Positions 1-11,861 of a DNA stretch of 64,000 bases are shown one piece after another. Numbering within the stretch: position 1 is the first letter of the stretch; the number at the start of each line of letters is the position of its first letter. Made by a program: the position numbers and the translations under genes. Source of the stretch: Paraphysomonas bandaiensis (taxonomy: Eukaryota; Protista; Chrysophyceae); assembly GCA_965644295.1 (NCBI GenBank), contig CBFFRP010000133.1:62001-126000 (forward strand). Direction: 5' to 3'. A model generated the notes under the pieces. It worked only from the letters and a program-made list of their open reading frames with translations. It made no database searches and had not been told where the DNA came from.

Positions 1-211
1 GTAACATATATATATATATATGCATACATATTAACAAACCATACATATATATACATACACTCACCTACCTCCCAATGATTGTAGTTATTACTGCACCATG
101 AATGAGGGCTATAGCTCACAATAATTGCATATATATCTCATACTATATATCCCCCTCATAATATCAGTATACATAACAAGCCTCTTCATAGTGAAGTAGT
201 CAAGTAGCAGC

Positions 212-1540
212 ATGTCTATGTATTATCGTCCTTTCAACAATATTCCTCAACTTGCTAATATAATCGGTGGTAAGTTACATTCCAGTGATATTACAATCAA
301 GTGTTAATACTCTTAATAATAGCCATAATTGGAGGGCTCAGTTGTTTTATCATACTACTGAGTTGCATTCGATACAAACACTTAAACACCATATCAGGGA
401 AGCTTGTATTTTGGCAAAACTCTTATATCATACTAGAAAGTGTTGGGATACTGTTTTTATCGCCTAATATTTACGAGACGTGCGTTCTACAGGCCTTTTT
501 AATTGAATTTGCTACAATCGGTTCCATGCTATGGGCATGCATGATTGTGTATGTTCTTCTTCATATCACACAAGGTCGATTCAGTGCACTTGGATCATAT
601 AAGCCAGAAAACGATATGCCCACTTTTTCAGCTATTTGTTTTATTGGCTCCTTAATTGTTGGAATGGTACCTGTGGCTTCAAGTATGTTATCTTGACGTC
701 TTTTATGTTTGTAATTTATGTGTTCTGCTAGGGTCTTATGGACTGGTGAATGGAAAGTATTATTGCTATATTCACGACAGAACAACTACTTCTCGTGCCG
801 TTCTCTCCGCACATTACGGAATCATGTGGAGTCTAATAACATTCATTCTTATAGCCTCCGTACGAGTCTACTACCAAGTAATGCATTGTTCTGTGATTCA
901 ATTTGTACTTATACATTATGAATTATGCAGCTGAAAAACTTGAATACAACAAGACCGTTTATTACGTCAGAGTCGAAAATGATTCCTAGCACCACCACAG
1001 TGTCACTCATTGGCGACGCAGATTCCGTCAAATTGGTTCGACCTGCAGTTTCTTCGCGCTCATCAAATGCAACTATTAAGGCTGTATATGGAAGACTAAT
1101 ATACTATCCTCTCTTACTACTGGTATTGCCGTGTACATGTAACATTATTGTGTACTTGTCTGCAGCCCTGTTGTGAATGCCGTATACCTTTTCTAGAACT
1201 CATTTTGCAACTGTTTCAGATATGGGAGATACCGATATCTGTGTATCGTATTTGGCTCGCGGCTGAGCATACGAAGCCTCCTCTTGCTCTCTTTGTAGTG
1301 GCGGTGTTTTTAGTGAGATGTCATGTAAGTTACTGTGCTGGTTTTACTATTGAATCAACATATCTTTCCTTGTTACAGGGTATGTACAACCTCTTGGTGT
1401 TTGCAATGCAACCGACAACAAGAAGAGAGTGGCGACGAGATACCCATGCTTTAAGCTCCTATGTGAAGAATTGTTTCGATTGTAAATCATTCCACAACAC
1501 TCAAAACGATGAGCTGGACTGTTCTCAGGTAGATGTATAA
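212..1540 (+). CDS. Multi-exon 7TM GPCR, cAMP receptor-like (CAR/GCR1 type)
   Basis: ATG at 212; GT-AG intron ~270-322; successive hydrophobic helices in ORFs 301-696, 656-934, 925-1176 and 1148-1540; family-like motifs 'CVLQAFLIEF...SMLW', 'YCYI', 'RLIYYPLLL', 'QGMYNLLVF'. Confidence 0.7.
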
Positions 1541-1878
1541 ATGCCCTATAGGTCTATCGAACCAAGCGAAAACGCCAGTTTATATAAATTGGAGTTTGTA
1601 GCTTTTGAGTGTGCATGTAAGAACACTGCGTATAACACATCGTGGTGATATCCTCGACTAGTGGCACTTTTCCAGGCTTCATAGTAATAGCGTTGTATAT
1701 ATGACTTCATTTGGTTAAGTGTTACCATTGCTGTTTTCGTCATTAGTTAGCGGGTGTCGAATTATTCTTTTTAAAGTAATTTCATTTTCAAGAAATAGTA
1801 TTATAAATATCGATAATATTTCTAAAGACACGACACACTCAGTTTTGAGTTTCGTATAAATCCAATGCCAATAAGAAC

Positions 1879-1997
1879 TAGGGCTGCGTAGCAATTGTAA
1901 CAATTAATTTCAATTAATTTCAATTATTTGTCAAGTATTGAAATTGAAACAGCTAATAATAATTGACAATTAATCGTTACATTGTTACGCAGACTTG
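1879..1997. mobile_element. hAT-type MITE
   Basis: Imperfect TIRs TAGGGCTGCGTAGCAATTGTAAC / GTTACATTGTTACGCAGACTTG; 8-bp flanks ATAAGAAC vs ATACGAAC (7/8); TIR resembles that of element 42591-43639. Confidence 0.7.
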
Positions 1998-2304
1998 ATA
2001 CGAACATACAGCGAGAATGGTGCTTACGGCGACACACAAGTAAGATACTAGTTAGTAAATGGTAGATGCTTATCTAGCTTGACTAATTCGGACTCTTGAA
2101 GTCCTATTGCAAAATAAACTTCTTGTTTTGTTTTAAGTACTTAAAAAACATTTTAGTGGTATATATTAATCATTAAATACACAGTACTACAAGAATCAAA
2201 AATTTTACATAAAAGTATAACTATTAATTAAGAAACGGTGATTAAATATTATATCACATAGTACAATATACTGGATGAAGACTGTATAATATCTAGTAGT
2301 AGTG

Positions 2305-2560
2305 AATGTCTGATTCTTAGCAATAGGCGTTTAAGAGTCCGAAATAAAGTAGCAAAACAATTTAACTAACTAGTACTTAACTGTGACATCCTACTATTAT
2401 TTAACGCTACGAAAGCTGCTTGTGCGTCACCGCAAGCACTAAAGTGCAACCACTTTCGCTCTATCACGCGAAGAAAATGCAGTAAGCACAAGCAAATTGT
2501 TGATATACCTAAAATCTACTGACTTCAGGATTTTTGAGTCCTTAAGGTGAACACCCCGCA
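2305..2560 (-). repeat. Copy of dispersed LINE-tail/SINE-like repeat family
   Basis: Core TTTAACGCTACGAAAGCTGCTTGTGCGTCACCGCAAGCAC also seen near 14270, 19830, 20125, 33130 and, reverse-complemented, near 62000 and 62620. Confidence 0.8.
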
Positions 2561-3246
2561 TACATGTAATCTATGCACTCATGCAATCGTGTAATTAATA
2601 TAGTACCCTTATTTATGCTTTGTATACAATACAATATATATAGCACATAATGTTATCGAGTGTATATTTTACTTGCACACATATCATGAAATTATAGCAA
2701 ATAGTGACTCTCTGAATTGGTGTAACGAGAAGAATTCATGTACACGACATTGATACTGAGGATATAGATGTAACACAGGCTTAGCGTCCCTGGTCCCTGG
2801 ACAAGACTCCTCTCAGCAACTTAAGTGACGCTCATGTAGTAATCAAATAGTTTCATACATTGTAGATCATAGTGGGGATAGGTTAAAATGTATTCAGTAA
2901 CCGTCAATAATTAACAACCGATTCGCAATACTCAAGTCAATATATTGCTACAATTGTGACATGTATTAACACTTTGAAAATCTACTGCCCTTGTATTCAC
3001 ACCACTTTGACTAACTATACATTGCAATATATTAATCCATTCATGCTTTATAAGGCATAGACTATTCATAGAATATATATTGTTTATACAACCTATGACT
3101 TTAAAGCCATATCACGGTATGACTACAACCCACAGTAACTATAAAACAGCGAGAGAACTAGGAAGTGAATATATATAGACACATTTATTTTCTGCGCACA
3201 AACTTACTGCTTCGTATTCAATGTATTTGTCTCCCAATACGTTTAA

Positions 3247-4334
3247 CTATATCTGGTTATTTCTTGTACAGTTGTACACACCAAGCGAAGGTGGGGCCGG
3301 GTCAGTATCAGAAGGGAGTGGCTCGAAACTACACTCCAGCAGTGACTGGTATCTGGGAGGAACACTGTCCACTTCACTTGCCCAACGGAACCGAGAATCA
3401 CAAGGCACTCCCCATTCATCATTGAACTTACAACCGTGCCCACCAAACAAATGGTCATGCTGTTGAAGGGATGCGACCGCAGGGTTTATAAATACCATCA
3501 TTCTTTTAACTATCCGAAGGCCTAATGCTTGAACACAAGTCGCCGCCGCTGAATTACGTACTCTTTCCGTAAGGTCCTCCGAATATATGAACCCTGCCGC
3601 GGTTAAACGAGCTTTCCACCACCAGGCCTCTCGGGCTTCTACGTGATGCCATCCACCATTATTACTTGCTGTTACAAACAATAAAGCAGCTTGCTTAAAT
3701 GTTGCCATATAATTGGACATATACTGTCTCCCGACATGTTCCAGAAACTCTACACACCATACAGCATCATATGTCCTATCGGGCCACCAGGGACCTCTCG
3801 TATAATCGTGTTCAATGATATGATTCAATGGAAGCAATGAATGTTCGACTGCATCATGTGACCCCTCTATACATAACACGTCAGCTCCATATGATAAGAA
3901 GTAAGAGGATGATATCCCTCTACCGCATCCCACATCTATTAGACTCTTGACTGCAAGAGGACCCTGTGTATGATATGAGTGTATTGTATGTGTGGTTAGG
4001 TGCATAGTACCATCATATAGTTCCATGTGTTGTTAGATACACCCATACGATCATACTGAGTGAACCCTCCCAAGTGAAGCTTATCTCCTTTACCTCCATA
4101 GAATTTACGTATATGATTCGCATGTTTCTCTTGGTCTCCTGTGATACGTATAGAGGGTAGAGGAGGAGGGGAGGGAGGTGTGTGTGGATGAGGGGTGTGT
4201 GTGTGGAGGGGGGGAGAGAGTGATGCGGGAGATTCACTCACAGATGTATTCTGTAGTATTATCAGTATTATAACACTTATGAGAATACATGAAAGAAGAA
4301 GTGGGGATTGAAGTGATATTTTGGATCGAGACAT
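3247..4334 (-). CDS. Class I SAM-dependent methyltransferase with N-terminal membrane anchor and Pro-rich stem
   Basis: ATG at 4334 (MSRSK..), TM 'LLLSCILISVIILIIL', intron 3964-4010 joins WNYMM|GPLAV, motif I 'LIDVGCGRG', 'YDAVWCVEFLEHV'. Confidence 0.8.
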
Positions 4335-4388
4335 GCAATAAAAGAGACGAGAGCACCACCAAATGAAGTGAAGAGAGCATTGGAATGG

Positions 4389-4472
4389 ATGCATGTATGT
4401 ATGTATGTATGTATGTATGTATGTATGTATGTATGTATGTATGTATGTATGTATGTATGTATGTATGTATGT
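4389..4472. repeat. (ATGT)n tetranucleotide microsatellite
   Basis: About 20 tandem ATGT units in the intergenic region just upstream of the methyltransferase. Confidence 0.95.
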
Positions 4473-4708
4473 ACTGTACACGTATATGTATGTGCAGGTA
4501 TACCGCAGTATACTGGTATACTGTTAAGCGATAGCCAAAATTTGAGGCACAGATCACTCATTTCACTGCTGCTTGTTGCACTTGTTTGTGTGCTGTGCTG
4601 TTGTTCCAAGTGTGCTCTTACAGGAGGAGAATATCCGTCATCCAGACACGAATTACTTGGAACAAATTGACATATTTATAATATTTTGAAAGTGATATAT
4701 CGAGTATA

Positions 4709-6984
4709 ATGTCAAGTTTAAGTGAAGCAGAGAAAATGATGCAGCATAACATCGATATGATGTCTTGGGAATATGGATTTGATGTCGTTATTGTCTGCTG
4801 TAGCAGTGGTCAACAAGCTAGGTACTGGCAGCGCCGCCTGGATGATGGAAGGTAAGTGAGTACTCTGAACTATGTGTCTTCTGATATATATACACCAGAG
4901 GATCTTTGCTTCCTTCCAATTGTGTCGTGTTGGCTGTAAAAGAAGATTGGCCAGGTATTTTGCATCACTAAGTGTGAATAAATGTAATAATCTGAGACTC
5001 AGGTGGTGCTGGTAATGCCCTTGGCACTTTGTATGCCTACAAAAATGCTGTCCATCTGGCTAATGAACGATATGGGCTAAATATCAACAAGTCTCTGGAA
5101 GACGGCCTAATTAGCATCGGTCTTTACCACACAGCTGGTAAAGGTACTCGCCTTGCTCCACTTCCAGGTGCTGAAAACAATAATAAACCGGGGGTTAAAC
5201 TTCCTTCAACGATTAAGGCTGGAGGGCGCCTTGTACCCATGACTATCCTGGAAGCGGTGGTAAAGCAGACTAGTAGCTACGCCAAGAGCCGACCAGGACG
5301 TCTGTCTGTTTTCTGGGGAGATCAAGTGTTTCTCCCAACAGTTCCGGTGGAATACGATGTAACACATCATGTGGATATTCTCTGTTCTCTTGGGCCGATG
5401 CCCTCTGAGCAAGAATGGCAGGATAAGGGGATGGATAAGTATGGTCTTATTGCCAAAAGCACCAGTGGAGATGCTGCACAGGTACGTTAGTACACGTATA
5501 TTTTTGTATGAACAGCTCGTTACCATGTGATATCAGGTGGATAAAGTGGACCACTCCACTGCCGTGAATCTACTTTCCGGTCTGGGTGAGATAGAGGGTG
5601 TTGGTGTGTCCTTAGGATCCTTCAGTATCTCATCTTATATGCTATTTGCGCTACTCGAAGAATTCCAGACTGAGCTCGAGGCTCGGAAAGGAAAGCTGGA
5701 TTCCGATCCCCATCTCTGGATGCCCATGACCCTCCGAAAGGATGCCTATATTCAGTTGATGCAGCAGAAGGAAGTATCTACAGAAGTAGCAGGCCTCCAT
5801 TATGAACGCATTCGTGCTTTCCTGAAGAGATTCCATGCCGGAGAAGCTAGTTCAGGCACTTCGCTGGGATTGTTTGGGGCAGTGAATGTCGGCCAAGGTG
5901 TGTATTGGTGGGACTATGGACAGCTGAAGTTGTATCAGAGAAACGCGTTGCTAATGGCTGAAAGGTAATAATTCAGTTTTCGTATTCACGAGTGAATATT
6001 ACGAGGATGTCTTACCGTTATTTTATGGTATTTAGCACTACGGAATCCGCTCTCATGCGCCGTTTCTTTGGTCTTGCGGACACAAGCCGAGTGAGGGACT
6101 CGTCGATAATAAAAACTGCAGTGGACAGTTACTCCTGTGTTTCTTCCTGTCATCTGGGCACACAAAGTAGCAAAGTATCTTGTGGTTCCGTTAGAAGGAG
6201 TGTACTTTGCAATGTGCGGTGCAAATACATAGATGCAGAGGACTGTATCCTTATAAACGTTACGGCGGATAGGATATATGCAAGACCCGGATGTATTGTC
6301 TACAACATCATCGATGAAAGTGAGGACGGACTTGATCTGAACCATGGTCAGGTGCTCGCTGGCGTATTCTCTAATGATGGTAGTCAACTGGTTATGCGTA
6401 GTGCTACTACGATAGATGGAGGTATACACTTACCTATCTAACATATAGTACATTGTATAGTAGGATTGGTTTTGTCTACATTCATAGCCTGTAATAATTT
6501 CGTGTGAAGTATGTGCATTTTGTGGAGAGTATTTTCATGGAATTTTTCGTAGGCAAGGCGTGGAAGCAGGAACTTGAGTGGAATCCAAAGACATTTGAGG
6601 ATGTCTATGAGATGAATACTAATGCAGACCCCATCAACATCGAGAGACAGGCCACTACGGCCCATTCTTCTAAATGGAAGTCTCTCACGGAAGGACCTAA
6701 GAGCACAGTAAAAGAGGATGCTCCAGTCACTCAACCACCCGCCCAAACCGGACAGGTTTCAGAAGCTGCAGCCCTTGTGGCTGCTCGAGACCAGGAGCTT
6801 ATGAATACTGCGGTAAGAACTGTCAACACCACTAGGTATATGCACACTTAACTCGATGTGTTTTCAGAGAGCATACTCATCCTTCTGGACGGGATTTGCG
6901 ATAGGTGCGATGACTACAATGGCGAGTATGAGTGTCGGGGCTGTCATTGCATTATCGTTCTTCTTTCGACCACAGAAAAGATAG
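4709..6984 (+). CDS. Sugar-phosphate nucleotidyltransferase-like protein (GT-A fold plus beta-helix-like region) with C-terminal transmembrane anchor
   Basis: Multi-exon; 'HTAGKGTRLAPL..NNKP' signature, 'FWGDQVF', 'WWDYGQLK', hexapeptide-like 'IDAEDCILINV...PGCIVYNI'; last exon encodes TM 'FWTGFAIGAMTTMASMSVGAVIALSFFF' then RPQKR*. Confidence 0.65.
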
Positions 6985-7449
6985 GCAGTTAAATTTTCTT
7001 TGCTGATAGTGTGATACAATGCGCTGCAAGCTCGTTTTGTTTCCTTTTGTGCTAGTAGCTGACTACACCCGTGTTGAAAGGATGCTTTCATGATTAGCGA
7101 TATTATTGCGCCACATTAATTTTGACCTTGCTATTATAATCGGGTATGATATCCATGCGGCGTTAGTCTCTAGTAAGTGTAATCATGCATTGACTTTTGA
7201 TCTTTTGATTACTTCGATGCCACTCATAATTAGCGGCTCCTTTTTCGTGCGAAAAATACATAGCAATACACGACAGCAGTGTTATATCTAAAATACACAG
7301 CAGCAGTCTCTAAATATGACAGAACTGATTGATTATATCTTGTATAGACACATATTTATAAACACAAGTGCACCTTCAATTTTCTTAGCAACTATAATCC
7401 ATAAAATTCTTTGAATGTACTTTCATACTTGATGAGAACAACAGTCAAT

Positions 7450-8148
7450 CTACGATATTTTATTTTTTAAGTATGCTCTAATAGCATCACCTCCATCGCG
7501 CATAACACCAGCCGGAGGGTCAACTAAAACATCATCATGGCATATGAACTCTAAGGCACTGCAGCGGAACATGGATCGCGGAAGTGATGAAACATTTACA
7601 CGGCTCATTAAAATATGGTGCAAGTTTGAAAGATTTCCAAGTGATTCTGGTAATTTTGTTAACGCGGTATTGCCATCGAGATGCAGAAATATGAGACTGT
7701 TACAAGCTCCGATCTCATCTGGGATGGACTCTAGTCTGTTATTGTCCAAACGACATTCTTTTAAGTTCATAAGCGCTCCAATATCTTCAGGTAGAGAGGT
7801 GAGTAAATTATAATGCAAAGATAAACTATTCAACATTTTCAATAATGGAAACACGCCTGTGGGAAATTCTGTAAGCATGTTATGATCTAAGTGAAGCTCT
7901 GTGAGGCTATCTGCCACACGGGAGAACACAGTCTTATGCGAGATGACTTGGGTTGTTAATTTCAGCCCCTGTAAATCAAGAATTATGTTACCAGTACTAT
8001 GGTCGTGTCTCTTATGTGTTTGTATGAGGTCAACACACCTCTGTTGGGAGGCCTTATGAATACCCCGCTTACAGGCCATTTCAAAGAGTGATGGGAGGGT
8101 AGAGGGTACACACCCACAGCGGCAAGATATCTCATGGTGTGGTTGCAT
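7450..8148 (-). CDS. Leucine-rich repeat protein
   Basis: Intronless 232 aa; repeated LxxLxLxxNxLxxLP; C-terminal cap 'DPPAGVMRDGGDAIRAYL'. Confidence 0.85.
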   Translation of the reverse strand: MQPHHEISCRCGCVPSTLPSLFEMACKRGIHKASQQRCVDLIQTHKRHDHSTGNIILDLQGLKLTTQVISHKTVFSRVADSLTELHLDHNMLTEFPTGVFPLLKMLNSLSLHYNLLTSLPEDIGALMNLKECRLDNNRLESIPDEIGACNSLIFLHLDGNTALTKLPESLGNLSNLHHILMSRVNVSSLPRSMFRCSALEFICHDDVLVDPPAGVMRDGGDAIRAYLKNKIS

Positions 8149-9036
8149 TTAGCATGAGGTATATAGCGCAATGTTGATATGATTATGTATGATATGTGCT
8201 GGACTGTATATGGCCATTAATAACATATGAATACCAGTACCAGTCATACGCACGCACTTGCTTGGAATATCCATATTATCTCATCTAAAGAAAGGCTAAA
8301 AATATACTATTTTTTAAAATAAATACCTTTTTTATATCCCAGAAAAGCTATAAAACTTGCAATAATCGATACACCTGCTGACCACACTGGACTGTTTATA
8401 TACAGAGGACAGACATACTGTACGAAAGAGGACAGAGGACATATATATCTCACGTTGCAATATTGAGAGATGAGAGCAGATATCCCTATATGCTAATCAC
8501 TATGCAAACTTCCTGCGATATGAATGATCCTTAACCAGATTCCATCTTTGTTTATACGTGAGGATAGCCTCAGAAGCCCCTTGACGCATTGAGAGGAATC
8601 ACTTGTCGCCTTTGCCTTATATCACCTTCCAAAGACCAAGTGGGCACTGTTATCTTCTGACCCTCGTATCTCAAGATTGTTACTCTACGAGGGTCGTAGT
8701 ACTTTGAGGGTTGCGACCTCTTCTTTATGTCCTTCTAGGAGCCTTAAAGGTAGTTGAGCTGAAAATAGAGGTAAACAGCGGTCAATTTTTACTAACTTAG
8801 CAGTATGAATTTGAATGGACTTGGTGCTTATAAAGGTAGAACAAAACATAAGTGAATTGTGTTTTCTTCCCTATAACTAATACAGAATAGTATGCGTTGC
8901 TTTGTTTGTGTGTTTTGGTATGTGCATATATATAGGGGTGGGGGGGTGCAGTTAGTTAGTTGCAGGTGGAAGTCTATCTAGCTTGACTAGGTTTCATCTA
9001 GCTACTCATCAGGTGCTGATTCTCGATGCTAGTTGC

Positions 9037-9304
9037 TGACAGCGTAACTAATCACTGCGTGCGGCCCTCTTGCGGGTGCTGCTGAGTGCTGCGACCGCAC
9101 ACCTCTACCCATGTACACATTGCATAGTTCAGCGGTTCCCCACCCGGGTTCTCACTGCATATTCAGCGCTGAATACCGTGTGATAATGATGTATGTAGCT
9201 AGTTGGGTTCAGAAGGTAGCTAGCAAATAATATGGGGCTCCTTAATCAAGTATTAGTTAGGTACCCACCCGCCCCCCACCCGGATCTACCTAAGTACGCG
9301 CTCA
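9037..9304 (+). repeat. Dispersed ~265-bp repeat (TG...CA, solo-LTR-like), copy 1
   Basis: Colinear similarity with 49894-50160 from TGACAGCGTAACTAAT to AAGTACGCGCTCA; no clear TSD. Confidence 0.7.
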
Positions 9305-9421
9305 GAATGGAGCAGTATTGATTGATGAGGATGTATAATCGAAAGCAGATTGTCCTATATGCTAATCACTATGATGCAAACATGCAAACTTCCTGCGATA
9401 TTTTAAGTTATACTATATAGC

Positions 9422-9542
9422 TATATAGTGTTACTAAGTTGTTACTAAGTGTGAATAGAAGTAAGTGTTACTAAGAGTGTCGAAAGGTTATATAGTGTTA
9501 CTAAGTTGTTACTAAGTGTGAATAGAAGTAAGTGTTACTAAG
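9422..9542. repeat. Direct duplication of a ~53-bp unit built from GTTACTAAG motifs
   Basis: TATATAGTGTTACTAAGTTGTTACTAAGTGTGAATAGAAGTAAGTGTTACTAAG occurs twice. Confidence 0.85.
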
Positions 9543-9842
9543 TGAATCATCCTTGGTTACTAGAGAATTGTGACCGCCTCAATTATGATTATCATATATG
9601 GCAATTACTTTCGCGTACGGCTAATACTTCTGAAATTATGAAAGAAAGCGGTTTCTAGCTTATATATATGATATATGTAGTTCTTGTGCTGTGCTTCTAC
9701 GAAAAGGACATTCATACTGTGCAATTTTACTTTATTATTATTTCACTACTGTATGTGTGAGCATACTAACTGTGGAATTGTGTGCCAACAAGTAAAACTT
9801 CACTTAATTAAAACCCACAGTTATGTACTCATCCACAATACC

Positions 9843-11861
9843 TTACAGAGGCTGGAGTCCTTTCTTGAGGATCTCAAGTGCCTGGCTCAACTGCACAAAA
9901 CACGACATATTAGCCATTAGAAAAGAAAATACATACGTAATAAAGGCGGGTCAAAATAAGCCACAATAGTCGCAACACGCAATACACACAGTGCTATACC
10001 TCTGAGTCAGACATCACCAAAGGAGGAGTGAAGCGGATAATATCACCATGCGTAGGCTTAGCGAGCAGGCCTACGACGCACGCGTTAAGTCAGATTAGAT
10101 CACTCCAACATAAAAACATCATATCGGGACGATGCATATATTTAAAACGGGACAGTGTATAAGTAATGTTGGACATATAGGAGATAGAAGTAGCTGCAAC
10201 ACTTACCAAGCTGAGCGAGTTTGAGGCATATTTTCCATGCATATGTGCCGTCAGAAGAACGGTCATCAACGACCACTGCGTTCATAAGACCCTTTCCGCG
10301 TACCTGACAAACAAAATACAACCATTGATTCACCCATATTCAACATTATGGCATACATATCATCATACCTCTTTTATAATCGGGGAGCCGAAACCACGAA
10401 CTTCTTTGCGGAAAACTTCACCAAGTTTCTCAGATCGTTCCGCTAGTTTCTCGTCGACCAAAACCTTCAAAGCTTCTATCGCAACAGCGCAAGCAAGAGG
10501 GTTGCCACCGTAAGTGCTACCATGTTCCCCAGGCTTGATAGAGAGCATAACCTACAGGGCAGAAAAAAATAAGCAATGACACAATTCCAGCAAGAAACGC
10601 GTGTATATCTTAAAAAAAAGATATATACAACACATTGTAGATGAATATTCCAGTTACATGAATACTAGTGTATAGCTCAAAGTCGTGCAAGAACGAATGT
10701 ATTCATACCTCATCATCCGCAAGCACCGCTGACACAGGAAGCACTCCTCCCGAAAGAGCCTTACCAAGACAGATGACATCGGGGCGCACAGGCCCGTGGT
10801 CCACGGCGAGCATACGTCCGGTACGGCATAAGCCAGTTTGCACCTACTCATATAGTATGCAATAAGTAGAAAAAGACTACTGGTCTAAAAGCATAGAATG
10901 GACGGATTTCGAATAATGGAAACACAAGCAAGATACGAACCTCATCAGCTATAAAAAGGACATTGTACTTGTCACACAAAGCACGAACACCAGGCAAATA
11001 TCCTTCATCTGGTACGACTACCCCGGCTTCACCCTGAATTGGCTCCACCATGAAGGCTGCTGTATTGGGATCAGATATCGCTGCTTCAAGAGCAGAGAGG
11101 TTGTTGTAATCCACCTGCAGGAATACATGCCAGTTAACTACGAATAATGCACAAAAACGAACACAGAGCTCACAAAACATAAGTAGTATGACATACTTAC
11201 GATTTCAAAACCCGGCATATATGGCCCAAACCCAGTGTAGCTCGTAGGATCAGTTGACGAGGAGATTGCGGACATAGTACGCCCCCAGAAGTTATTGCGA
11301 GCAAAGACAACTTTCGCCTTCCCGTCTGGGACCCCCTTGACGGTGTAAGCCCACTTGCGAGCAAGCTTCACTGCGGTCTCACCAGCTTCTACGCCGGTGT
11401 TCATGGGAAGGACCTAAACTAGAATAAGCCCAAATCTCATGATACCGACGTCGAAAACAGATTATTCTCTCCTTCAATTCCACACTTACCTTATCATATT
11501 TGAACATATCCGTGACGAATTGTGTGTAGACAGACATCTGATCACTGTGGAAAGCTCGAGAGGTGAGGGTCAACACCTCAGCTTGTTTTTTTAAGGCCTC
11601 AACTATACGCGGGTGACAGTGGCCCTGATTAACAGCACTGTAGGCAGCCAGGAAGTCAAAGTACTTCTTTCCCTCAACATCCCACATGTAGATTCCTTCT
11701 CCACGATTTATGACGGCTGGAATAGGGCTATAATTATGGGCACTTGTGGCTCTTTCCAGGGCAATAATTTGCTCAGTTCTAGAGCCCGACGACAGGCATC
11801 TGACGCATCGAACAGGAGACGACAAGTCTCTTGTGAACCTTCGAATCATAGGCGAGAGCAT
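9843..11861 (-). CDS. OAT: Ornithine aminotransferase, mitochondrial (about 8 exons)
   Basis: Arg/Ser-rich presequence; 'AHNYSPIP', '[16 protein letters not shown]', '[11 protein letters not shown]', '[10 protein letters not shown]', 'DEVQTGL', PLP lysine 'LGKALSGG', '[13 protein letters not shown]', 'RGKGLMNA', '[15 protein letters not shown]'. Confidence 0.95.

Noticed and set aside
4234-4670. ORFs with YIHT/CMYV repeats
   Set aside because: Translations of the (ATGT)n microsatellite; the real start of the methyltransferase is at 4334
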